Virus record (IMG/VR): IMGVR_UViG_3300043410_002285
Location: 1-57,769 of that record
Reading direction: 5' to 3' (one strand)
From: a virus
Taxonomy: Duplodnaviria; Caudoviricetes
Length of the DNA: 57,769 bases
Made by a program: the position numbers and the translations under genes. The notes beneath the pieces were generated by a model, which was not told the origin of the DNA, searched no databases, and saw only the letters and a list, made by a program, of their open reading frames with translations. Each line of letters opens with the position of its first letter. Position 1 is the first letter of the stretch. This document shows positions 49,196-57,769 of this stretch, piece by piece.

Positions 49196-49657
49196 ATGAG
49201 AAAATTAATATTAATGATTGTAATGGTTTTATCTACAACGATTTGTAAATCACAAATTGTGATAGATAAAGCTGGGGATGGTTGGGATCTGAGAGCTGAT
49301 AGTGCTTTAGCTATTATCAAACAAACGGATACAACCGCTTATAAACTTGTGTTACGAGTTTGTAATAAAATAACTTTTTGGTCTGGGAACTATTCAACAA
49401 ACGAGGGTTCTAAAGATACAAAAGGGAGTATAATAATATCATCGACAGATGCTAGGGCAAAATCCCTAAACAATCTCGCTGCTGTTATTGTACATGAATC
49501 TTTACACCTTTATCTTAGATATAGGGGTGTCCAAGAATCACCAAAAGAAGAAATACTTTGTTATTCATATGAGTATGACTTTTTAAGGAAAATACCAAAC
49601 GTTGAGCAGTATCTGTTAGATCATTGTTTAAGACAGATAACTTTTCGACAAAATTAA
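49196..49657 (+). CDS. Secreted HExxH metallopeptidase-like protein inside the tRNA array
   Basis: Signal peptide MRKLILMIVMVLSTTICKS; VIVHESLH...EE; own TATTTAT motif at 49185. Confidence 0.75.
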   Translation: MRKLILMIVMVLSTTICKSQIVIDKAGDGWDLRADSALAIIKQTDTTAYKLVLRVCNKITFWSGNYSTNEGSKDTKGSIIISSTDARAKSLNNLAAVIVHESLHLYLRYRGVQESPKEEILCYSYEYDFLRKIPNVEQYLLDHCLRQITFRQN

Positions 49658-49658
49658 T

Positions 49659-49731
49659 GGGGTCATAGCTCAATTGGCTGAGCGCTTCCCTTGCAAGGAA
49701 GAGGATGTGGGTTCGAGTCCCATTGGCTCCA
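49659..49731 (+). tRNA. tRNA-Ala(TGC)
   Basis: GGGGTCA/TGGCTCC-A with G3:U70; CTTCC-CTTGCAA-GGAAG. Confidence 0.95.
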
Positions 49732-49737
49732 CTATAT

Positions 49738-49811
49738 TGTCCTGTAGAATAATGGCAGTTCACCCGACTTTGACTCGGGTCGTCCAGGTTCGAGTCCTGG
49801 CGGGACAACCA
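49738..49811 (+). tRNA. tRNA-Gln(TTG)
   Basis: TGTCCTG/CGGGACA (U1-A72), CCCGA-CTTTGAC-TCGGG, encoded CCA. Confidence 0.93.
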
Positions 49812-49814
49812 AAT

Positions 49815-49889
49815 GGTGAGATAGCTCAGAGGAAGAGCATTCGGCTCATATCCGAAAGGTCGGGATTTCGAAATTCCCTCTCACTACCA
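49815..49889 (+). tRNA. tRNA(CAT): elongator Met or Ile2
   Basis: GGTGAGA/TCTCACT-ACCA, TTCGG-CTCATAT-CCGAA; lacks initiator hallmarks. Confidence 0.88.
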
Positions 49890-49894
49890 TATAT

Positions 49895-49969
49895 GGTTTC
49901 TGTAGCTCAGCTGGTTAGAGTACTTGATTGTGATTCAAGAGGTCGTGGGTTCGAGCCCCACCAGTCACC
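49895..49969 (+). tRNA. tRNA-His(GTG)
   Basis: G-1:C73, CTTGA-TTGTGAT-TCAAG; two acceptor-stem mismatches. Confidence 0.88.
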
Positions 49970-49976
49970 CAAAAAT

Positions 49977-50050
49977 ACCTTCATAGCTCAATGGATGAGA
50001 GCGTTTCGCTACGAACGAAAAGGTTGGGAGTTCGAGTCTCTCTGAAGGTA
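49977..50050 (+). tRNA. tRNA-Arg(ACG)
   Basis: ACCTTCA/TGAAGGT-A, TTTCG-CTACGAA-CGAAA. Confidence 0.94.
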
Positions 50051-50110
50051 CAATAAACCTGTTTTTGCTACGATAAACAAACCATGTTTATTATGCAAAA
50101 TTTAATTTAT

Positions 50111-50184
50111 CGTCCTGTAGCTCAATTGGTTAGAGCGTCTGCCTGATACGCAGAAGGTTAGTGGTTCGAGTCCACTTGGGACGA
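50111..50184 (+). tRNA. tRNA-Ile(GAT)
   Basis: CGTCCTG/TGGGACG-A, TCTGC-CTGATAC-GCAGA. Confidence 0.94.
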
Positions 50185-50272
50185 CTATATGGTATAGATA
50201 ATGTCTATATTAAAATATTGATTATCATTGTTTTATCTCATTTTTTATGGTATATATAAAAAAATATATGTT

Positions 50273-50836
50273 ATGAAAAAAATCCTATTATTAACAATGT
50301 TACTTATTCCATTCCTTAGTAACGCACAAGAATTTAAATTTAGCCCATATGTTGATCAAGTTGTTTCATGTTATGGTAATAATGATGGTTATATACAAGC
50401 TAATTGTAAACCAGAAGGTGAATATGTTTTCACCATAAGTAATAAATCCCTTAAAGATACAAATACCTCGGGTTCATTTTTTAATTTAAAACCTGGTACT
50501 TATACGGTTTGTGCAACAAATGGTGTTTTAAAAAAATGTGAAAAACTAACAGTAACATCACCAAAAAAACTAAACGTGTCTTTTACTGACGAAAAATTAC
50601 CAACACTGTCTGATAATAAAGGTGCTATATCACTAACAATAACTGGTGGTACTACTGAAATACAACCATATTTAGTAAATTGGTTTAATAGTAAGGGTGT
50701 TAGATTAAACACGGATGACACACCATATTCATTGTATATGGAAGATTTACCACCAGATTTATATACAATTAAAATAGAAGATGACCACGGATGTTTTTTA
50801 ACAAAAACACATAGGTTAACAAAACCCAAAAAATAA
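50273..50836 (+). CDS. Secreted SprB-repeat protein
   Basis: Signal peptide MKKILLLTMLLIPFLSNA; VSCYGNNDGYI..F.NLKPGTYTV and GAISLTITGGT..PY..W..L..DLYTIKIED.HGC (two SprB-like repeats). Confidence 0.78.
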   Translation: MKKILLLTMLLIPFLSNAQEFKFSPYVDQVVSCYGNNDGYIQANCKPEGEYVFTISNKSLKDTNTSGSFFNLKPGTYTVCATNGVLKKCEKLTVTSPKKLNVSFTDEKLPTLSDNKGAISLTITGGTTEIQPYLVNWFNSKGVRLNTDDTPYSLYMEDLPPDLYTIKIEDDHGCFLTKTHRLTKPKK

Positions 50837-50858
50837 AACCAGGAAACTGGTTTTTTTT
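50837..50858 (+). terminator. Intrinsic terminator
   Basis: AAAACCAG-GAAA-CTGGTTTTTTTT. Confidence 0.75.
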
Positions 50859-50890
50859 GTTTATAAAAGTATTTATTTATAAATGTTTTT

Positions 50891-51778
50891 ATGAAAAAAT
50901 CTACATTAAACGAAGAACTTTCCAGAATACAAGAAATGATGGGTATAACTCACGTTAGCCCAAGCGGTAAAGTTACGAATATGTCACCAGAAGATGATGA
51001 TTATGAAATTAACTATGGTAAAAATGCTATACAAGAACTATCTCCTTCAGATATGGTTAATTCAATGAGAGAAGAGGAAACTGATGAAAATGAAGAAATC
51101 TTGGATACATTTAAAGACCAATATGGTGATAAAAAGGGTGAAAAAGTTTATTACGCAACAGCTAATAAACAAGATAGAGATCCAGAAACATTTGAGAAGA
51201 ATGAAGAGTCTGTAATAGGTGGATGGGATCTTACTATGGAAGATTCAAGAGTTACTCCAGACAATAGAGTTGATTATCTCACAAATGCCTTAGAACATAT
51301 TTGGGGTATGGGTCGTGGTAACAATAAAATTGATTTACACTCAATGGCCCAATCATTGATTGATGATATGTTTGGTGATCCTGAAGAAAATACTGATGAA
51401 ATCCCAGGTTTTAAGGGCACCAAAGATGCTTTAGATGATTTAAGTATCAGAGAAGAAGAAAAATCTTTCATGCAAACAAGAGGTGGTGCGGAAGGTCCAG
51501 TTTATGAAAACGAAGAAATGGGTGAGGGTAGAAAATTTCAACAAGAAACTTATTTTGAGACTCAAGCTGGTGCTTTACAATCAGCTGAAGAATATGCTAT
51601 TCATAAAGGTTATACTGTTAATTGGGAAAGTATTAACCCAGAACATGTTGCTTATGGAAAAACTGTTAGCTACAGCGTTGAATTAATGAAGGATGGTGTT
51701 CCATCTAGAAAAATGTTACAAATATCTTTGTACAGAATGGAATCTGGTAAATATGAGTTAACAAACTATATTAACTAA
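50891..51778 (+). CDS. Acidic phage protein, possible internal head protein
   Basis: N-terminal LNEELSRIQEMMG; FKDQYG.KKGEKVYYATANK module; TATTTAT upstream. Confidence 0.7.
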   Translation: MKKSTLNEELSRIQEMMGITHVSPSGKVTNMSPEDDDYEINYGKNAIQELSPSDMVNSMREEETDENEEILDTFKDQYGDKKGEKVYYATANKQDRDPETFEKNEESVIGGWDLTMEDSRVTPDNRVDYLTNALEHIWGMGRGNNKIDLHSMAQSLIDDMFGDPEENTDEIPGFKGTKDALDDLSIREEEKSFMQTRGGAEGPVYENEEMGEGRKFQQETYFETQAGALQSAEEYAIHKGYTVNWESINPEHVAYGKTVSYSVELMKDGVPSRKMLQISLYRMESGKYELTNYIN

Positions 51779-51779
51779 A

Positions 51780-52046
51780 ATGAAAGATTTTATCAGACTA
51801 TATGTAATACCTTTTTTGGTTTTGATGATATTCCAATGTGGTTTTGTATATGGTATTTTAGCTCTTATAATTGGTAAAGTAAATCCCTTAGATTGGAACC
51901 CAATAATATACACATTATTTTTTGAGTTTGTTTTATTTATAGGTTACACAAGTTATAGAGCTTTAACTGATGACGATGAATTTTTTGATATAGAAAGTAC
52001 TTATTTTAATTATAAACACGAAGAAGAGAATAAAAACAACAATTAA
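51780..52046 (+). CDS. Small two-TM membrane protein
   Basis: Two hydrophobic segments and an acidic tail. Confidence 0.65.
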   Translation: MKDFIRLYVIPFLVLMIFQCGFVYGILALIIGKVNPLDWNPIIYTLFFEFVLFIGYTSYRALTDDDEFFDIESTYFNYKHEEENKNNN

Positions 52047-52057
52047 ATAAAACAACA

Positions 52058-53281
52058 ATGGCAGGCACATCAAAAAGATATTACGTTGTAAATGACAACT
52101 ATAATCAAGATTTAGATTTATATTATGGAAGTGGATTCCCAAGTTATGTAATATACAAACAAAGAGGTAATGGTGGGGATACCGCTATGATTTTCTTTAG
52201 CGAAAAAAATTTACCAATTGCTGATGTATTTCCAGACCCCCCAGGGTTTGCTTACCCAGTGGGTTACGTTGGTGATACTGTTCACCCATCCGTTGACGGG
52301 TCTAATAAATATATTGTAACAATGACATCAACAATTGACGTTGACAGACACCCAAAATTCTATGTGGCTGATACTGAAAACGATCTAAGGGATATGTTGA
52401 TAAGATTATTCCCTGCGGTTCCTTTAACTGGGACCACATACGATTCTTATTTAAATTTACTAAATGAATTACACGGACCAGGTAATGGTTATTTAACATA
52501 CCATAATATATTACACCCAGGTTTTCCATTCCCTTCTAGTTACAGCGATAGTACATATCTAAATCCTTCATTGGTTATTGACCCATATTTTAGAGATTGT
52601 TGGGATAGATCATCAAATGCTTTTTACGATATATCATACCACAACGGTTCTAGTACTTTTATAAGCCCAGCTGGTGTACCCAACGTTAATTTTAGCACGA
52701 CAGGTGCTTTTACTGGTCTTAACACAAAACCATTGATTGGTATTGATTATTTTAACACTGTCGCACCTATAACATCAACTGGTAGCACAATGGGTATAGA
52801 ATTTTGGGTTAAAAACGCTGACAACACAGCTGGTGTTTCAATCCCAGCGTTTATAAGGGGTTGGTCTAGTGGTCAAATCGCTTGCGGTGTTACAATAAAT
52901 AATGGTACTGTTTACGCATATTCAAACGGTAGTCAAGTTCAAGTTTCAATTAGTAATATTCTTAATGCTGGTATATGGAATCACATTTTTGTGTCTTACG
53001 AACAAGTTGGTGCTGGCGTTGGGATAAGATGTTGGGTTAACGGTGCTGATTTCACATTAGGCGGTTCACCTATCACGGGTAACGCTATTGTTGGAACACA
53101 TCAAGAAACAGCAACAATTGGTTGTTACACAGCAAATGGTACATCCATAGACGGCTCAATGCCAACATTTGGTTCAACACATGAAATAGCTATGGTTAGA
53201 TTTTATGGTAATGACACACTATCATTAAATAGTGAAATAGAATATTTATATCAAGCAACTTACGAAAGATTTTTCCTATAA
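52058..53281 (+). CDS. Virion-type protein with C-terminal LamG/ConA-like domain
   Basis: IEFWVK...WNHIFVSY...WVNG...IG...IAMVRFY...EI..LY pattern. Confidence 0.75.
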   Translation: MAGTSKRYYVVNDNYNQDLDLYYGSGFPSYVIYKQRGNGGDTAMIFFSEKNLPIADVFPDPPGFAYPVGYVGDTVHPSVDGSNKYIVTMTSTIDVDRHPKFYVADTENDLRDMLIRLFPAVPLTGTTYDSYLNLLNELHGPGNGYLTYHNILHPGFPFPSSYSDSTYLNPSLVIDPYFRDCWDRSSNAFYDISYHNGSSTFISPAGVPNVNFSTTGAFTGLNTKPLIGIDYFNTVAPITSTGSTMGIEFWVKNADNTAGVSIPAFIRGWSSGQIACGVTINNGTVYAYSNGSQVQVSISNILNAGIWNHIFVSYEQVGAGVGIRCWVNGADFTLGGSPITGNAIVGTHQETATIGCYTANGTSIDGSMPTFGSTHEIAMVRFYGNDTLSLNSEIEYLYQATYERFFL

Positions 53282-53284
53282 CAT

Positions 53285-53818
53285 ATGCAAAACATTAACG
53301 AACAAATATCACGTATAAAATCCATGATGGGTTTAAATGAAGATGGAACAACCCCACAATCACAAAACCCGACTGGTACAACAAAACATAAATGGGAAAG
53401 TGGTGTTGCAAGAAGCGGACCAGCTAACCCTATTGGTGTTGCACCGTCTAGTGTAAGAACAACACATGGTAGAGCTAATCCTATTGAATTGGCCGAAGAC
53501 GACTCGACAAAACTTGAGTCGTTTGCTGAAACAAGATTAGGTGGTGCTGAAAAAATTGCTGACAATGCCAAAGAAAAAGGCGGTGCGGCTTTATTAACTT
53601 ATCACCATTTCGAGGTTAAATTACCCTATTATGAAAAAGCGGCCAAAGGTGAATTGGATATGGATGATGCTAAAAAAGAATACAAAGATTTGTTAGAAAA
53701 ACTATACACATCCACAAAAGGTGATATGGGTATTGAACAAATAGATTTTCAAGAGTTGCTCGGGAAAATGGAAGTCCTGGGGGAATTGATAATTAAAGAA
53801 AATGAAAAAGGAGCTTAA
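53285..53818 (+). CDS. Phage protein, possible internal head protein
   Basis: N-terminal INEQISRIKSMMGLNE; KWESGVARSGPANPI module; TATTTAT at 53243. Confidence 0.7.
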   Translation: MQNINEQISRIKSMMGLNEDGTTPQSQNPTGTTKHKWESGVARSGPANPIGVAPSSVRTTHGRANPIELAEDDSTKLESFAETRLGGAEKIADNAKEKGGAALLTYHHFEVKLPYYEKAAKGELDMDDAKKEYKDLLEKLYTSTKGDMGIEQIDFQELLGKMEVLGELIIKENEKGA

Positions 53819-53832
53819 AAGCTCCTTTTTTT
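53806..53832. terminator. Bidirectional terminator between convergent genes
   Basis: AAAAAGGAGCTT-AA-AAGCTCCTTTTTT. Confidence 0.8.
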
Positions 53833-53856
53833 ATGTGTTATTATTTTTTTTTTTCA

Positions 53857-55200
53857 TTAAGAGAATGAAAGTGTTATTGGGTCTCCATAAACAAATGGGT
53901 TAACAACAGATGCGGTTTGTGTTAACATACCTGTGTTAACTGATAAACTATAGCTACCACCTATAGCGGTATATACAAACATATTAGGGTTATTTGTTGT
54001 ATATGTTACTGTATTACCATTTTGTGTAATACTTAATGTTCCACCGTTAGTTTGTAAAGCGGCAAATTGTGTTGCGTAATCCACCCCAGCACTATCATAT
54101 TGGTAGAAATAAAGTATTCTTCCATTAACTTTATTTGGATCAAAGGTTTCAGTATTACCACCCATACCATTATTTACAAATATAGCGTTACCATTACTTG
54201 ATGGTGGTCCCACATTTAAACTCCCTTCATCACTGTAAAAAAGCCAACCAGTTCCACCACCAGATCCGCTAGTTCCTGAAGTACCAGATGTACCACTTGT
54301 ACCTGAAGTACCGCCACCACCAGTACCAACAACAACATTGATTGCGTCAGTATTTGCACCAGTTCCCCAAGTGTATGTGTATGTTCCCTCAACTAAACCT
54401 AAAGCACTTAACGTTGTGTTATTAAATGTTTGGTCACTACCAATTTCGGTACCGCTTATATAACCCTCAGGTACTACCAACTGATATGGTGGAGCTCCAT
54501 TAAAGATAACTCCTATAATATCACCAGTACTTGCTGACGCTGAAAGACCACCACCAGTACCAAAACTAGTAGGGTTGCTTGTGATTCCACTATATGAGTC
54601 AAAGTTTCCATTAGCACCCATTACAAATGTTGCGGAATTAACACCAAGACCAGCACCACCTAAAGCACTAGTGTTTACATAAGTTAAACCATCAACATTA
54701 AGTGTTCCCACCCCTGACATAAAGACGTGAGGACCTGCTTGGATAATGTTTATGGTGAATCCTGTTAATGGTCCGCCTGTACCATTGGTACCAGAAGTCC
54801 CTGAAGTACCGCTAGATCCACTAGTACCATAATCATTTACAATTCCAGCACCATATTGTGATGCGTTTAACCAATCTCTAGCATCGGTTGCATTTGTTAA
54901 ATCACCAGGTGAACCAGGTAATTTATTAATTAAATCAACCAAATCTTGATCTGTTAATCCAGCCGATTTCCAAAATGTTGGGGTGTCAGCTGGAGCAATA
55001 CCAGTACCACCACCAGTTGTTCTACCAACTAACCCAGCTGTTGTTGTGTCGCTGACAATAACATAACCGTCACTCTCGTCAACACCACCTACCCAACTAC
55101 CTGTTGTGTAGTCTGGATTATCTATACCAATTGCGATATTATTAACCTGTGTTGTACCCGAAATAGGCCCGCCAGTATTATAAGCTACATCTTTTATCAT
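53857..55200 (-). CDS. Gly/Thr-rich multidomain virion-type protein with short GTS linkers
   Basis: N-domain shared with the 55485 ORF (YVIVSDT..P..W...TD..L...N.LPG...ATDA..W.N); GTSGTSG linkers. Confidence 0.72.
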   Translation of the reverse strand: MIKDVAYNTGGPISGTTQVNNIAIGIDNPDYTTGSWVGGVDESDGYVIVSDTTTAGLVGRTTGGGTGIAPADTPTFWKSAGLTDQDLVDLINKLPGSPGDLTNATDARDWLNASQYGAGIVNDYGTSGSSGTSGTSGTNGTGGPLTGFTINIIQAGPHVFMSGVGTLNVDGLTYVNTSALGGAGLGVNSATFVMGANGNFDSYSGITSNPTSFGTGGGLSASASTGDIIGVIFNGAPPYQLVVPEGYISGTEIGSDQTFNNTTLSALGLVEGTYTYTWGTGANTDAINVVVGTGGGGTSGTSGTSGTSGTSGSGGGTGWLFYSDEGSLNVGPPSSNGNAIFVNNGMGGNTETFDPNKVNGRILYFYQYDSAGVDYATQFAALQTNGGTLSITQNGNTVTYTTNNPNMFVYTAIGGSYSLSVNTGMLTQTASVVNPFVYGDPITLSFS

Positions 55201-55205
55201 AGTAA

Positions 55206-55451
55206 TTATTTTTTATAGTAAATTACGTACTCAATGTTGGACACGTTCTCAATAATTTGATTTTCATCTTTAACCTCTTGATTCTTAACAATAAGAATTT
55301 CTTTTTCAACTTCAAAAGGTTCTTTTAATTCTGATTTAATTAACGCTTTTAAATTTGCACAAGTTAATAATTCTTCAGTGTTGTAATCAGTCAATGTTCT
55401 ACTAATTGTATCACCATTGATTTTAACTTTTTTTGTTATATGATATTTCAT
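55206..55451 (-). CDS. Hypothetical protein
   Basis: 81-aa ORF in line with its minus-strand neighbours. Confidence 0.6.
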   Translation of the reverse strand: MKYHITKKVKINGDTISRTLTDYNTEELLTCANLKALIKSELKEPFEVEKEILIVKNQEVKDENQIIENVSNIEYVIYYKK

Positions 55452-55484
55452 GTTTTCGTTTTTTTATAATATTTTTATAATTTA

Positions 55485-57767
55485 TTAGCACCAGTAGTAT
55501 TCAACATCATTAACTGTACGATCATATTCAACTGTATATGCAGCGCTTTGTTGACCAGTCGCAGTAAATAAGTGTAAATTTTTTGTGGAGCCGTCATTTG
55601 TTGAAATAAACACTCTGTTTTCAACAACACCATATTCATCTGTGTTGTTATCTGTTGTTGTTAATGTCTGAATTGTGTTACCCGAATAATCATAAATGTT
55701 AAAACCTACTGTACCACTATTAGTTCCATAGTTAAAATAGAAATAATCCTTACCTGTATCAAGGTTATAACCAGCATCATAATCACCTGGGAATGAAAAT
55801 TCATTACTCACACCCGTGGCGTTAATACATTTAAATGTACCTGTGCCAGAATTGACTAAAACAATACCACTACCACTGTTATATGTTGGTCTACCCATAT
55901 AATTACGACTTGAGGTGTAGATATCACCATAATCATCTATTGCTGTGAATGTATTGTTTTCATTTAAGTAAACAGCGTTGCCACTATGTTGATAATCTTT
56001 AACGTATAATGTGTTATAAGAGTTCCATGTACTAATACTAATAGAACTTGTATCACCCGTAAATGTATGTGAATCTAAGATTGTACCATCTTTACTGATT
56101 AAATAAGCTGGTAAACTAAGTAAGGTACCGTTTTGATAATCACTTCCTAAAAACGGTGCGATAAAATATTTATCACCAAAAACATTTGTCCAAGCATCAT
56201 CAATCAATGAAGCATCAGCATTTAATGTTGTGTATTGTATGTCATTATCATCTTTAATTGTTAAAAGTTTATAAGCCCCCTCAACCTTTGTTTGGAAAAA
56301 TATACCGCCACCATTTTCCCAGTTCCAGAAACGCAGACCGTTAGTATATGAACCAGTGGTTTGATTAGAAGCAAAATTGACAACATTCATCGGACCATAA
56401 CCTTTAATAAAAGTTACGATATCTAGATATGTGTAATAATTGTAGTTATAACCACCATCATCGTAATCATCACTATATAATATTTGACAACCTAACTCAT
56501 GCTTATAATCATCAACTCTATAATTAGATCTGGTTATACCATAACGATTAATGAAATTGGTACCTCTTGTATGTGATAACACATCATATGAATCGATTGT
56601 CTCATCATATTTAATGAAATAATAAGGGACATCGGTATCGTAACTATAAAACATAATACGTGCCACACCAGAACCAATAAAGTCAAAATCATAATCTGTG
56701 TACACATCAGATAAACCTGTTAAATCCGTGCTACCTAACACATTACCGTTATTATCAAGAACACGGTATAATGTGTATTTGTTATCGATATATGAATATG
56801 TTAACTCAGTAAAGAAATTTGATGAGTATGCGTTATTGAATCGAACATCGTAATCACTATAATTACTTGTCGTAATTGCAGCTGTTATTGTTCCATCGCC
56901 TTTAAGAATATAATATGCACGTTCATTTGTATTCGAATTTTGTATGTAATAAACTAGATCATTATTTGATGTTACCGCATCCCAGTTCCAGTCAAAATAA
57001 TAATCTTCAAAATTTGTATCGTATGTAATAACCACTGGTGCGTTGATACCATCAAATAATTTAACAATACCGTTTGTGCGATCAATAAAAACAGCCCAAG
57101 CACCATCATAAGCATCCCAGTTTCTATTATAAACAGGATTAGCTGATGTGTAATCTTCAATCATTGAGCCATTGTTACCGATAAATTGAATTCTATATAT
57201 ATCACTATTATCATGGAAGATAGACATATATCCTTTGTCATTTAATGGTACTATATCATCTTGATAAAAATCATTCAAGTTAATACCTGAATCAATAAGA
57301 TCGGCTGTAGTTGCTTCATAATTTAAAATAACATAATGGTAATTACTAGAACCATCAACTTGAACAACAGCAGCAAAGCTTTTACCAACATCACCAAATG
57401 ATAAGAAGTAATATGTTCCACTATTATTAACCCATTGGATCGCATCAGTAGCACCTGTGAAAGCTACCTCACCACGTCTACCAGGTAAACGGTTTACTGT
57501 GTTTAAAAGATTTACATCTGTTTTATCACCAGTACACCACATAATTGGTCTACCGACATTATTATCATCAATTGTATAAGAGCTACCATTTACGTCCAAA
57601 ACATTAAATGTATCACTAACAATTACATATTGATTAGTCGGTGCCAAAGAATTGAACCAGTTTAATACCTCTGATGCTGCACCAGCACCATAATCTACTT
57701 CACTAGTTCCAATTTCTAGTTTATCGCCTAATTTTATACCAAAATCGGTTCCTGTTGAGTTGTTAAA
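55485..57767 (-). CDS. Large Tyr/Asp/Asn-rich beta-strand protein (5'-truncated by window edge)
   Basis: Frame stays open beyond the TTG at 57647 to the window end (FNNSTGTDFGIKLGDKLEIG...); shares N-domain with 53857..55200. Confidence 0.75.
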   Translation of the reverse strand, partial: FNNSTGTDFGIKLGDKLEIGTSEVDYGAGAASEVLNWFNSLAPTNQYVIVSDTFNVLDVNGSSYTIDDNNVGRPIMWCTGDKTDVNLLNTVNRLPGRRGEVAFTGATDAIQWVNNSGTYYFLSFGDVGKSFAAVVQVDGSSNYHYVILNYEATTADLIDSGINLNDFYQDDIVPLNDKGYMSIFHDNSDIYRIQFIGNNGSMIEDYTSANPVYNRNWDAYDGAWAVFIDRTNGIVKLFDGINAPVVITYDTNFEDYYFDWNWDAVTSNNDLVYYIQNSNTNERAYYILKGDGTITAAITTSNYSDYDVRFNNAYSSNFFTELTYSYIDNKYTLYRVLDNNGNVLGSTDLTGLSDVYTDYDFDFIGSGVARIMFYSYDTDVPYYFIKYDETIDSYDVLSHTRGTNFINRYGITRSNYRVDDYKHELGCQILYSDDYDDGGYNYNYYTYLDIVTFIKGYGPMNVVNFASNQTTGSYTNGLRFWNWENGGGIFFQTKVEGAYKLLTIKDDNDIQYTTLNADASLIDDAWTNVFGDKYFIAPFLGSDYQNGTLLSLPAYLISKDGTILDSHTFTGDTSSISISTWNSYNTLYVKDYQHSGNAVYLNENNTFTAIDDYGDIYTSSRNYMGRPTYNSGSGIVLVNSGTGTFKCINATGVSNEFSFPGDYDAGYNLDTGKDYFYFNYGTNSGTVGFNIYDYSGNTIQTLTTTDNNTDEYGVVENRVFISTNDGSTKNLHLFTATGQQSAAYTVEYDRTVNDVEYYWC

Positions 57768-57769
57768 AG

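Noticed and set aside
48552-50045. ORFs 48552..48887, 48605..48799, 48982..49320, 49515..49808, 49674..50045
   Set aside because: They overlap well-formed tRNAs or the ncRNA; open only because of higher GC.
1-57769. Stop-codon reassignment as in some large phages
   Set aside because: Recognisable genes are full length in the standard code, and no suppressor (CTA/TCA) tRNA is present in this window.

Overview
AT-rich, gene-dense segment of what looks like a jumbo/huge tailed phage infecting Bacteroidota. Evidence: canonical TTTG-N19/20-TAnnTTTG promoters, a T9SS sorting domain, SprB repeats, A-rich starts without Shine-Dalgarno, tail fibres with a peptidase-S74 chaperone, a GH19 endolysin, a dNMP kinase and a tRNA array. 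Contents: (i) a carbamoyltransferase and a TibC/Aah-like O-glycosyltransferase next to two giant (4969 and 2574 aa) Gly-X-Y Ser/Thr-rich fibre genes; (ii) ClpC, KTSC, 2OG-Fe(II) oxygenase, nucleotidyltransferase, a probable -1 frameshift gene, dNMP kinase and UvrD helicase; (iii) lysis/tail-collar genes; (iv) an 8-gene envelope operon (cohesin/dockerin/T9SS scaffold, CsgG-like lipoprotein, C-type lectin-dockerin, beta-barrels); (v) 14 tRNA genes with an embedded structured ncRNA; (vi) probable virion proteins. The most striking observation lies upstream of the tRNA array: a promoter, then an unannotated 32-codon leader ORF whose central 19 codons use exactly the 13 amino acids of the downstream tRNAs, then competing antiterminator/terminator hairpins and a boxA-like element. 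This looks like a ribosome-mediated attenuator that would switch on phage tRNAs when any matching host tRNA becomes limiting. All assignments are by eye from motifs; no searches were run.
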